Source: an uncultured bacterium (GTDB lineage Bacteria > Verrucomicrobiota > Kiritimatiellia > RFP12 > UBA1067). Taken from it: a DNA stretch of 64,000 nucleotides. The stretch is from NCBI GenBank assembly GCA_902799955.1, contig CADCCQ010000002.1, forward strand, positions 4,017 to 68,016. The letters run 5' to 3'. Position 1 is the first letter of the stretch. Each line of letters begins with the position of its first letter. The translations under genes were made by a program, and so were the position numbers. Under the pieces are notes generated by a model. It was not told where the DNA came from. It saw nothing but the letters and a program-made list of their open reading frames with translations, and ran no database searches. Below, in pieces: positions 26,658-34,656 of the stretch.

Positions 26658-26831
26658 TCATTTCTCCTCTTCGAGGAACACGCCCGCTGCGTGCTCCATC
26701 ATCCCGAGCCGCTCCCGGCTTTCGTACTCCTCCGGGTGGTTCTTCTTGAGCCACCCCGCAACCTCGCGGATGTCCTCCGCGAGGATCTTGAGCCTCTCGA
26801 CCGCGTATGCGGGGTTAACGATGTCCGTCAT
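26658..26831 (-). CDS. hypothetical small protein (57 aa)
   Basis: ATG at 26831 in ATGA overlap with the upstream gene. Confidence 0.4.
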   Translation of the reverse strand: MTDIVNPAYAVERLKILAEDIREVAGWLKKNHPEEYESRERLGMMEHAAGVFLEEEK

Positions 26832-27055
26832 CTGGCACCTCCCCTGCAAAAAGCGGCCTTTAGCGCCTCCTTCATCTCCTCGCCGCGAAGTATTATCTTC
26901 GGCGGCTGTGGAGTGAACGGATTGAAGTCCGAGGGTCTGAACGGCTTTCCTTTCTTCGGATCGCGGTTCAGGTTGGCGAGCAAGGCCATCTGCGAGGAGA
27001 CTATTCCCCACTCGAACTTCGCCCGCCCCTCGGCCATCAGCCCCAGTTCCCTCAA
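26828..27055 (-). CDS. tail assembly chaperone T-like segment (-1 frame relative to 27052..27552)
   Basis: WGIVSSQMALLANLNRDPKKGKPFRPSDFNP resembles chaperone T-domains. Start is TTG 27055 or ATG 27037. I found no clear slippery heptamer. Confidence 0.4.
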   Translation of the reverse strand: MRELGLMAEGRAKFEWGIVSSQMALLANLNRDPKKGKPFRPSDFNPFTPQPPKIILRGEEMKEALKAAFCRGGAR

Positions 27056-27552
27056 GGTGAAGGAGCCGGGGTCGACTCCGCAGATTCCCGCGAGGCGGCA
27101 GGCGGTTGCAAGGAGGTCTTCAGACGCTCCTCGAACTCGGGGCTGTTCAGAGCCTTTTCTAGCACTTCCAGGTTCTCCGTCTCGTACTTCCTTGCGAGGT
27201 CGACCGCCTTCTTCAGGAAGAGCCGCCTCGCCCCTGGGAAAAAATCGACGAGTTCGTCGAGGAACGCCCTCGTTGCGTCCGCAATGGAATCCCCCGCAAG
27301 GGACGAGCCGAAGTCGTCATCGGTCACCCCGGCCGCCTTCGCCTGTCCCTCGCAGAGAACCCACAGGATGTCGACGAGGAGGATAGGGTCGTTGGCCACG
27401 CGGTCAAGCGTGTCCGTAGCAACCGCTCCGTCCTTGCCCGCCTGTATGACGTTCACGAGGTCGATTCCCAAGATGTCTCGGACGCGCTTCATCTGGCGGA
27501 CGTTAAGCTCCACCTCCCAGACGCGGTCCTTCGTGTCGGTAAACTGTCTCAT
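27052..27552 (-). CDS. tail assembly chaperone (166 aa)
   Basis: Lies between the tail tube and tape measure genes and has an acidic helical sequence. Confidence 0.55.
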   Translation of the reverse strand: MRQFTDTKDRVWEVELNVRQMKRVRDILGIDLVNVIQAGKDGAVATDTLDRVANDPILLVDILWVLCEGQAKAAGVTDDDFGSSLAGDSIADATRAFLDELVDFFPGARRLFLKKAVDLARKYETENLEVLEKALNSPEFEERLKTSLQPPAASRESAESTPAPSP

Positions 27553-27571
27553 CGTTCTCCTCCTTCAGTCC

Positions 27572-27997
27572 TTACGATCCGCCGCCGTCCTTCCAGGTCG
27601 GCGCACGCGTCACCAATGTAGGTTTGCACGTTACGCTCACAGTCAAAGCCTCCTCAAGCGGCTCGGAACGCGAGAACGACGTCACGACGAAGTCGGCGTC
27701 GAGTCCGTTCCCGTCGCCGTCCGAGGCGAAGAGCGCGATGGCGGAGTTGTTGAAGTATGCGTTCTTGATCGCCTTGAACCCGTTGTCGGACGTGTCCCAG
27801 ACCATCTCGAACTCCAGCGACGCGTCCTTCAGGGTCGCTGCCGTGATGCGCCAGCCCTCGGCGGCGCGGGTCGTGATGTCCGCCTCGCCGGTCTCCAGCG
27901 TCAGCGTGACGTCCTTGCAGTTCGCCATCTCGGACGAGGCGGTCGATCCCGCCGCTCCGTGGAAGAGCTTTGCATCCAATCCAAGTTTGTATGCCAT
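27572..27997 (-). CDS. major tail (tube) protein (141 aa)
   Basis: MAYKLGLDAKLFHGAAGSTA...VTLTLETGEADITTRAAEGW resembles TP901-1/phi13-type major tail proteins. Position fits. Confidence 0.7.
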   Translation of the reverse strand: MAYKLGLDAKLFHGAAGSTASSEMANCKDVTLTLETGEADITTRAAEGWRITAATLKDASLEFEMVWDTSDNGFKAIKNAYFNNSAIALFASDGDGNGLDADFVVTSFSRSEPLEEALTVSVTCKPTLVTRAPTWKDGGGS

Positions 27998-28021
27998 ATT
28001 TTTCTCCTGTTTGTGTGTAAG

Positions 28022-28402
28022 TCACTTTACCGCGTCCTTCCACATCTTTGCGACGTGGGGGGCGGACTCCTTGAGAGCGGGACCCATGAGCGGACGCTTC
28101 GGGTAGCGCTCCCTGCGGTACTTCCCGCCGAACTCGTGCGCGGACATCGAAGGCCCGACGAAGTTGAAGCCCGGTCCGACGAGGACGGACTTGTCTCCGT
28201 CGCTCCCGAAGAGGATCGCCCGCTTGAGCAGTCCTTTCCGGGAATGCGGAGGCGACCCCGGCTGCGACGCCTTGGGGCTTGTCACTACCTTCCTCTGCGC
28301 GACGCGGCGGACATACGCCCCCGCGCGGCGGAGGATGTCGCGGCTCGCCCTCGCGATCCTTGCGACAATCCCGTCCTCGTCGAACTCGGTCTCGCACCTC
28401 AT
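28022..28402 (-). CDS. HK97 gp10-like tail completion / head-tail component (126 aa)
   Basis: PGSPPHSRKGLLKRAILF motif. ATGA overlap with the upstream gene. Confidence 0.5.
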   Translation of the reverse strand: MRCETEFDEDGIVARIARASRDILRRAGAYVRRVAQRKVVTSPKASQPGSPPHSRKGLLKRAILFGSDGDKSVLVGPGFNFVGPSMSAHEFGGKYRRERYPKRPLMGPALKESAPHVAKMWKDAVK

Positions 28403-28815
28403 CCACCGGCCTCCGCGACGCGATGCTCGTTCACCTCCTTGAAGAGGAGTTCGATTACGCCGGTGAACTGCCGCCTGTCCCTCATGTGGTCGGGGACGTA
28501 GAGCGGGGCGTGGTTCGCCTCGACGCACTTCGCCCCCCGCACGGTCGTGTGCAGGAAGTCGAGCGCAAGCGTCTGCGCGTAGTTGACGAGATCGACGAGT
28601 TCGTCTTCCGTCGCCTTGCGGAGGACGCCCACCTGAATGGTGAGAAAGTCCTCCCTGAACCCACGCGCCAGCATCTTGTGCTTGATGCCTACGGGGACGA
28701 CCACGATCCGCGTCCGCTCCTTCACGTCCTTGAGCGAGTATTCGGGCGCGAGTTCCACGTCCGCCTCTCCGATCCTCTCGGCCACTCCGTGTGCAAGCGA
28801 AATGATGTCGACCAT
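28399..28815 (-). CDS. head-tail joining region hypothetical protein (138 aa)
   Basis: ATG at 28815. Assignment by position only. Confidence 0.45.
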   Translation of the reverse strand: MVDIISLAHGVAERIGEADVELAPEYSLKDVKERTRIVVVPVGIKHKMLARGFREDFLTIQVGVLRKATEDELVDLVNYAQTLALDFLHTTVRGAKCVEANHAPLYVPDHMRDRRQFTGVIELLFKEVNEHRVAEAGG

Positions 28816-28836
28816 GTCCCGCCTCCTTGTCCGTCG

Positions 28837-29100
28837 CTACTGCGACATTCCCTTTACGATGTCGAAGATGAGCGTCCCGACCGCCGAGAGAAGCGAGATT
28901 ATCGCCGCTCCCATTGCCGCGTGCAGGGTCTTCTGAAGCCCTGTCGCCGTGGCGCAGGGCGGCGTGTGGTGCGCTCCGTCGGAGAAGTGCATCTTCACCA
29001 TGCCCTTGAGTTCCGCGATGTCCATCCTCGCCCGCGTCAGCCCCTCCCAGAGTTCGGGGAACCCCGGAGGCATCTCGACGTGCTGTTCGTTCGCTGCCAT
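28837..29100 (-). CDS. small protein with C-terminal transmembrane helix (87 aa)
   Basis: ATG at 29100. GAAIISLLSAVGTLIFDIV hydrophobic segment. Confidence 0.45.
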   Translation of the reverse strand: MAANEQHVEMPPGFPELWEGLTRARMDIAELKGMVKMHFSDGAHHTPPCATATGLQKTLHAAMGAAIISLLSAVGTLIFDIVKGMSQ

Positions 29101-29102
29101 TG

Positions 29103-29444
29103 CTATCCTCCTGTGTGCTTGGCGTGAATCCTGTACGCCGTGTGGAACGCGTCGCTCCACCTCCAGCAGTATTCGCCGCTGGGCGCGAGGACTTCGTAGG
29201 TGTGCCCAAGGAACTCCACCTCGTCGCCGACCTGCGGCTCCGAGGCGAGAAGCTCCTTCGGCACGATGAAGTCCCGCGTCTCTATGCGCGTCCATATCCC
29301 GCTCTCGTCCGTTGAGCGGAACACCGTCCGCCCGACCACGGCGCGGATCGTGCGCGTCTCGCCGCCGAGCGGCGTGTAGCCGACCTCGACGGCGAGGCTC
29401 TGCATCTGTATCGCGCGCATATGCTCTATGGCGGACTTGACCAT
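29103..29444 (-). CDS. putative head-tail adaptor/connector (113 aa)
   Basis: Position after the capsid and decoration genes. No strong motif. Confidence 0.4.
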   Translation of the reverse strand: MVKSAIEHMRAIQMQSLAVEVGYTPLGGETRTIRAVVGRTVFRSTDESGIWTRIETRDFIVPKELLASEPQVGDEVEFLGHTYEVLAPSGEYCWRWSDAFHTAYRIHAKHTGG

Positions 29445-29445
29445 G

Positions 29446-29787
29446 TTAGTTCAGCCCCTGGCAGAGCCTGACGTACACGAGCGTGTCACCGGCAGCCGCG
29501 AGCGCGACCGCGTGGCCGAGCTTGACCGAGCCGGACGTACCTGCTGCGACAGCCTGCTTTGTGGTCGGATTCCACCCGACCTCCATGCCAGCCGCGACCG
29601 CGAAGCCGGTCGCCTTGGCGACTTCGTACACACCCGTCAAAGCGAGTGCTCCGAGTTCGCCAGTCTTGATGTCGAGCTTGGCGACGCCGACGACCTTGTT
29701 GGCGAGAACGACGATGTCGCCCGCCGCGACGTCCGCCATCGGCGTATGGTCGATGGCGTCGCCCCTCTGAACATATCTTGCATCCAT
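29446..29787 (-). CDS. DUF2190-like head protein (113 aa)
   Basis: DIVVLANKVVGVAKLDIKTGELGALALTGVYEV pattern. ATG at 29787 with GAAAGGA SD; the track start at 29796 is TTG. Confidence 0.55.
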   Translation of the reverse strand: MDARYVQRGDAIDHTPMADVAAGDIVVLANKVVGVAKLDIKTGELGALALTGVYEVAKATGFAVAAGMEVGWNPTTKQAVAAGTSGSVKLGHAVALAAAGDTLVYVRLCQGLN

Positions 29788-29894
29788 TTTGTGCAATCCT
29801 TTCTCGTTTGAAGTTCATGAAATGGCCGCTGCGGGCCGAGCGGGGAAAGAAACAAGCAAAGAAACCCGCCCGGCCCCGCAGAGGCCGAGAATGT

Positions 29895-31904
29895 TTAGGC
29901 CGCAGCCCCGTTGGACTTGACCATGCCGCGATGGTCCTGTTCGCGGATACCCACGTCGAAGTACACGCGGAACCAGATGCCGAGGACGTTGAAGTCGAGG
30001 TCCCCGCGCTCCACGGTCGGCGTGCGCTTCCCCTTGAGGTAGCCGATCTCGAAGGTGTCCACCGTGCCAGGCTTGCCGAAGAGGTACCACGCGGTCTCGC
30101 TCGCGCCGCCGTACTTCGCGTTCGAGAGGTACGGGCTGGAGACGATCTGGAGGTTCTGGTCGGCGAGGACGTTCAGCGTCGGGCGGATCGTCTGCTCGGC
30201 TCCGCCGGACATCATCAAGGCCGCGCCGCGAGTGAGCTCGACGGCGAGGAACTTGAGCGCGGTCGGGACGAGCAGAATGCTCGGCTCGACGTTCACGGGC
30301 TGGCCGTCCGCGTCCGTCTGGTCGAGGAACACCTTGATTGCCTTCTTGAGCGAGTCGGCGGAGAGTGCGGAGTTCGCACCGGAAAGAAGGTTCTTGTGGT
30401 TCGTCGAGAAGAGCGGCTTTCCGTCCACCATCGTCGGGTTCGCCATGAGACGCTCGAAGAAGAGCTGGTCGACGAGACGCGCGGCGCGGTTGCCCATCGC
30501 GGTCGGAACCTTGAGGAACGCACCGAGATCGTCGTTGATGATCATCTTGCGCGTCAGGCAGAACTTCTTGGCGTAGGTGTCGAGCTGGTTGACGGCCTTC
30601 TCCTCGGAGACGCCGCCGTCCTTGATCTCGCCGTCCGCGCCGACGGGCTTGAGGTCGCCGATGTCGGTCAGGCGGAAGCGCTGGTTCTCCTTGAAGTCGG
30701 AGAGGTCGGCGGACGTGCAGAGGCTCGTCGCGATGATAGGCTGCGCCCTGTACGCCTGCAGGAGCTTCTTCTGCGCGACGTTGGAGAGGATGCCGGGGAG
30801 CGAAACCGTCGAGAACGCGGCCTTGATGCTGGCGTTGTCGAAGGTGCGGGGGACGTTCATGCCCTCAAGCCTCATGCACTCCGCGAGGACGCCCTGTAGC
30901 GGGATGTCGCAGTCCTTCATCGCGGCCTCGACAGTCTCGTCGCCCATCTCCTTGGCCAGAGTGTCTCCGTCGATCCCTGCGCGGAGCGACAACGCCGCCT
31001 CCAGCGTCTTCTCGGTCATGCCGGACTTCTTCACCGTCACGGACGGAGGGGTGGTCGTGGGCTGCTTGGCGCGATACGCCTTGAGAACTTCCTCGTTCAC
31101 GCGGTTGCGGTCCCATCCCTCGGCGATTGCCTTTGCCTCGATCTCGGGGAACTCGCTGCCGCAGGCCACCTTGATCATCGTCACGCGGTCGCGCTCGGCC
31201 TTGACCGCCTCTGCCGCGATTGCCTTCGCGTCGGGCATCGGGTCGGCAGGCTTTTCGGGTGTCGCGGACGCGGTCACCGTCTTGGGGGTGTCCTTCGGCA
31301 CAGCCGCAGGCGTAGCCGGAGGGTTAGCGGGAGCCGCCGCCTCGACGGGCTTCGTCTCCTTGTTGGTCACTTCAGGTTCCATAATGGAGTTTCCTTTCAG
31401 TTGCAGTTGTGCCGTGACTGTCATGTGCGTCGAGCGGTCCGCGCCCACGGCGACTACGCTGACCTCCCGCAAAGTTGATTTCGTGACGTGGTAGAACGGA
31501 GCTTCGTGTTCCACTCCGTTGACCGTCCGCTTGCCTTCCTGTACAAGCTCGGCGGCTTCGACCTCCGCTCCGATTGAGAGCTGCCAGTCCGCGCCCGCCT
31601 TGCCCTGGGCGACTATCGCCTCGGCGAGCTCGCCTCCGGCCACGATGTCGCCCGAGATTGCGAGGTGTCCGTCCTCGACCTTCGCGTCGACCACGCCCAC
31701 GCGCCCAAGCGTGTGGTTCTCATGGTTGGCGAGTAGCGGCACGGACTCGGGGACGGTCATGCCGGATAGGTCGACGACCACCGGCTTCGACCATCCGAAG
31801 AGCCTCATCTTGCCGCCTCCGTAGGCGAGCCCCGCAACCTTGTGCTTTCCGTCTCCGCCGTCTTTCGCGGCGGTTATTTCGAGATATTCACTCGTCTTTT
31901 CCAT
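29895..31904 (-). CDS. fused prohead protease - scaffold-like linker - major capsid protein (669 aa)
   Basis: N-terminus LLANHENHTLGRVGVVDAKVEDGHL (HK97-type prohead protease). Ala/Pro/Lys-rich linker. C-terminal HK97-fold capsid-like region (...TAWYLFGKPGTVDTFEIGYLKG...). Confidence 0.65.
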   Translation of the reverse strand: MEKTSEYLEITAAKDGGDGKHKVAGLAYGGGKMRLFGWSKPVVVDLSGMTVPESVPLLANHENHTLGRVGVVDAKVEDGHLAISGDIVAGGELAEAIVAQGKAGADWQLSIGAEVEAAELVQEGKRTVNGVEHEAPFYHVTKSTLREVSVVAVGADRSTHMTVTAQLQLKGNSIMEPEVTNKETKPVEAAAPANPPATPAAVPKDTPKTVTASATPEKPADPMPDAKAIAAEAVKAERDRVTMIKVACGSEFPEIEAKAIAEGWDRNRVNEEVLKAYRAKQPTTTPPSVTVKKSGMTEKTLEAALSLRAGIDGDTLAKEMGDETVEAAMKDCDIPLQGVLAECMRLEGMNVPRTFDNASIKAAFSTVSLPGILSNVAQKKLLQAYRAQPIIATSLCTSADLSDFKENQRFRLTDIGDLKPVGADGEIKDGGVSEEKAVNQLDTYAKKFCLTRKMIINDDLGAFLKVPTAMGNRAARLVDQLFFERLMANPTMVDGKPLFSTNHKNLLSGANSALSADSLKKAIKVFLDQTDADGQPVNVEPSILLVPTALKFLAVELTRGAALMMSGGAEQTIRPTLNVLADQNLQIVSSPYLSNAKYGGASETAWYLFGKPGTVDTFEIGYLKGKRTPTVERGDLDFNVLGIWFRVYFDVGIREQDHRGMVKSNGAAA

Positions 31905-33312
31905 CTTCTTCTCCTTCTTCGTTTTGAGAATCGTCCTTTGTCGGAACATCGTCGATGCCGAGTTCCTTCATGAGCGTCCTTTCCTTGGCTATCTGCCGAA
32001 GCTCCGTCTCCCAGTCCTTGCCCTGGCGGGCATATTCCGCTGCGAGGGTCGTGGTCTTGTTCAGAAGCCTCTTCTCCTGCGCGTTCGCCTCCTTCGCGGG
32101 ATCGACGTGTTCCTGTCCGTCCCAGAACCACACATGGCGGCAGTCGCAGGAGTCCAGCTGCGTAGCCGTCGCCAGCGACCACTCGCGCATCCACGCCTCG
32201 AACACGCGGTCGAGTATCTCCGCCTCCATGAACGCGCGGTCGACCTTCAGCGATTTGTAGTACGTCTGGTGGTCGAGCCGCCCGCTCGCGTAGTTGTAGC
32301 CGGATGAGTTGCCCGCCGCGATGTTGTAGGGCATCGAAAGACACCTTGCGATCTCGTTCAGTATCTCGTGCTTGAACTCGCCGTATGTCGTGACGGGCTG
32401 CTTCGGATCGACCTGGCTCATCTTCCAGCCGCCGGGCATGGTGAGGAGCATGTTCCGCTCCAGCTGGATCGTGTCCATCGCCTCCACGCTGTCGGCCTCG
32501 CCGTTCGCCGGGGCGTCCGTGTACAGGATGCCAGCGAAGTCGGCAGCCGCCTCCGCAGCACTCACCACCGCCAGCGTGAACCGGCGGAGGTGTGCGAAAA
32601 GCGGCAGCGCGGCGGTTATCTCCGGGATGCCGCGATGCTGCTCCGGCCTGTCCTGGCGGAACACGTGGATCATGTTTTCCGCCTTGACGGTCAGGAACTC
32701 CGTGTTGAAGCTCTCCGTCCCGCCCGGATGGAACTTCAAAACCCTGTACGAGACGGGGTTCCCGAAAGAGTCGAACGTGATGCCGTCGACCCGCTTTTCG
32801 TCGCTGATCAAATCATCATCCGTAACCCGGTCGGCTTCGATGAGCTGCAGGTCGAGCCTCACGTTCGTTGTAAGCCTTGGGTTCTGGGCGAGCATGACAA
32901 ACGCCTCGCCGTCCTGGCACCGCGCCATCCTTATGGTGCGGAGCTTCGCGGGAAGCCTCGTCCTTTTCGCCCAGACCTGAAAATCGTGTTCTATGCGCTT
33001 GTTCACATCCTCGTCGTCGAGAAGCATCTGAAGCCTCGGCCCCGTTCCGACTGTGTCGTCTGCAAGCGTCTTCACAATGCCACGCGCATACGAGTTGTTC
33101 TGCACCTCGTAGCGGGCGCGGGTGCGGAGTATCTTGCGGACGTTCGAGTCCGCCTCCGCGTCTGCGGACAGGAAGTCCGCCGCGCCCCAGTGCTTCGCGT
33201 TGTCCTTCGTCGTCTGCGCGGCGTCGAAGCGGGCGCGCATCCAGCTCACGAACCTTCCGCCAATGCTCTTCCGGATTGGGGCGTCCTTCTTCTTCGATGG
33301 CCAAAGCTTCAC
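31888..33312 (-). CDS. portal protein, lambda family (474 aa)
   Basis: FDAAQTTKDNAKHWGAADFLSADAE...TRARYEVQNNSYARGIVKTLADDTVGTGPRLQ. GTG start in GTGA overlap with gpW. Confidence 0.85.
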   Translation of the reverse strand: MKLWPSKKKDAPIRKSIGGRFVSWMRARFDAAQTTKDNAKHWGAADFLSADAEADSNVRKILRTRARYEVQNNSYARGIVKTLADDTVGTGPRLQMLLDDEDVNKRIEHDFQVWAKRTRLPAKLRTIRMARCQDGEAFVMLAQNPRLTTNVRLDLQLIEADRVTDDDLISDEKRVDGITFDSFGNPVSYRVLKFHPGGTESFNTEFLTVKAENMIHVFRQDRPEQHRGIPEITAALPLFAHLRRFTLAVVSAAEAAADFAGILYTDAPANGEADSVEAMDTIQLERNMLLTMPGGWKMSQVDPKQPVTTYGEFKHEILNEIARCLSMPYNIAAGNSSGYNYASGRLDHQTYYKSLKVDRAFMEAEILDRVFEAWMREWSLATATQLDSCDCRHVWFWDGQEHVDPAKEANAQEKRLLNKTTTLAAEYARQGKDWETELRQIAKERTLMKELGIDDVPTKDDSQNEEGEEDGKDE

Positions 33313-33512
33313 AGCGCACCTCCCCCCGCCGCCATCTTCGTGATGCGACTCGGCAGCCGTTTGCCCTTGAGGGCGTCCTTCGATGCATAGTAGTTGAGGA
33401 GCTTGATGAGGTCAGCCGCCGAGTGGTTCTCCACGACCTGCCCGTCAACCTCCACCTTCTTGGGCGAGAGGAGGAGATTCTCCATTATCTTCTCGATCTT
33501 TGACTGATCCAT
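33309..33512 (-). CDS. gpW-like head-tail joining protein (67 aa)
   Basis: Size, position upstream of the portal, and the KKVEVDGQVVENHSAADLIKLLNY pattern resemble lambda gpW. Confidence 0.5.
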   Translation of the reverse strand: MDQSKIEKIMENLLLSPKKVEVDGQVVENHSAADLIKLLNYYASKDALKGKRLPSRITKMAAGGGAL

Positions 33513-34536
33513 AGTCCTGAAACTCCTTTCCCGCTTCCACGGCGGCGATCCTCTCGCCGACCCAGCGCATTACGTTGACGCACATCGAGTTCCCGCACAC
33601 TTTGTGGCGGAATCCGTCGGGCGCGTGTTCCTTGCCTTTCCACGGGATGTCCGTCCAACCGTCGGGAAAGCCCATCAGACGCTCCGATTCGACAGGCATA
33701 AGCCTGCGGAGCTGCGTCGGCGTGCAGACCGCATTGACGTGGCTTGAGCGGAGCGTGTACATCGCCGCACCCGCTTCGTCGTAGCACTTCGTCTTGAGGT
33801 TCTTCGTGCGCCCCTCGATGTTCATCATGTCTATGGGGAAGCACTCCCCCGAAGCACATTCTCCAGCGCCTTCGGAAGCAAATAGCCCAGTCGTTCTGCG
33901 CGGGCAAGCATCGCCTCCGCATAGTTCGCCGCCAAGCAGTACCTCTGCGGCGCGGGTCCAGTCTCCACGATGTCCGACAAGGATGACACGACGCCTTCGC
34001 TGCGGCACCGCCCCCGGAAATGAGGGAACTCTGGTATATCTCGCGTCCAGCACTCGCCACGAAACGCCGAAGCGTCCGGGGGCGTTGGTGACGATTCCCG
34101 CATGCCCCCATCCGCCGTCTGGGACTTGAACGTCCCATCCTGCGAACTCCGAGAGGATTCGGGCGAAGTCCCGTCCGTCTCCAATCGTAAGCACGGCTGG
34201 GACGTTCTCCCAAACCACCCAGCGGCAATGCGTCCGTTCAGCCAGCCGCGCAAACTCAAGCGCGAGGTTTCCTCGCGGATCGGCGATTCCGCCCTTGCTT
34301 CCGCCGCTTGAAAACGACTGGCAGGGCGACCCTCCGACAAGGAGGTCGATTCCGTTTCCATGGTCTCCCTCCTTGATCTTCGTGAAGTCGCCGAGGTTCG
34401 GCACCTCCGGCAGACGGTGTTTCAGCACTTCCGACGCGAACTCGTCGATTTCCGAGACGAATTCGCAACGCCAGCCGAGGGGCCGCCATGCGACCGAAGC
34501 GGCCTCAATCCCGCTGCACACGCTTCCGTATCGCAT
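33445..34536 (-). CDS. DNA (cytosine-5)-methyltransferase (363 aa)
   Basis: Motifs SVCSGIEAAS (I), GGSPCQSFS (IV), WENVP (VI), QRRRRVILVG (VIII), RRLMPVESERLMGFPDGWT (IX), GNSMCVNV (X). ATG at 34536 with GGAAGGAGGG SD. Confidence 0.85.
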   Translation of the reverse strand: MRYGSVCSGIEAASVAWRPLGWRCEFVSEIDEFASEVLKHRLPEVPNLGDFTKIKEGDHGNGIDLLVGGSPCQSFSSGGSKGGIADPRGNLALEFARLAERTHCRWVVWENVPAVLTIGDGRDFARILSEFAGWDVQVPDGGWGHAGIVTNAPGRFGVSWRVLDARYTRVPSFPGAVPQRRRRVILVGHRGDWTRAAEVLLGGELCGGDACPRRTTGLFASEGAGECASGECFPIDMMNIEGRTKNLKTKCYDEAGAAMYTLRSSHVNAVCTPTQLRRLMPVESERLMGFPDGWTDIPWKGKEHAPDGFRHKVCGNSMCVNVMRWVGERIAAVEAGKEFQDYGSVKDREDNGESPPLAQEGGG

Positions 34537-34604
34537 GGCGGCTCCCTCCTTCCCGGCCTTTATCCTCTTCGCACAATGGGGAATACATGGCATCCCCTCA
34601 CTCT

Positions 34605-34633
34605 CTTATACGACATCAGGTACACCGTTTTAA
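34605..34633 (-). promoter_or_regulatory. second promoter type, copy A (upstream of the methylase inserted in the head module)
   Basis: Minus strand: TTAAAA (34633-34628), 17-nt spacer, TATAAG (34610-34605). A roughly 35-nt block is near-identical to 50221-50255. Confidence 0.5.
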
Positions 34634-34656
34634 CAACATTTCTTCATGAAGTTTCC

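Noticed and set aside
27037-27120. Programmed -1 frameshift between the tail chaperone genes (G/GT type)
   Set aside because: The downstream ORF is in the -1 frame, as expected. However, I found no X XXY YYZ slippery heptamer near the end of 27052..27552, and the ORF has its own possible starts (TTG 27055, ATG 27037). I therefore left them as two genes.
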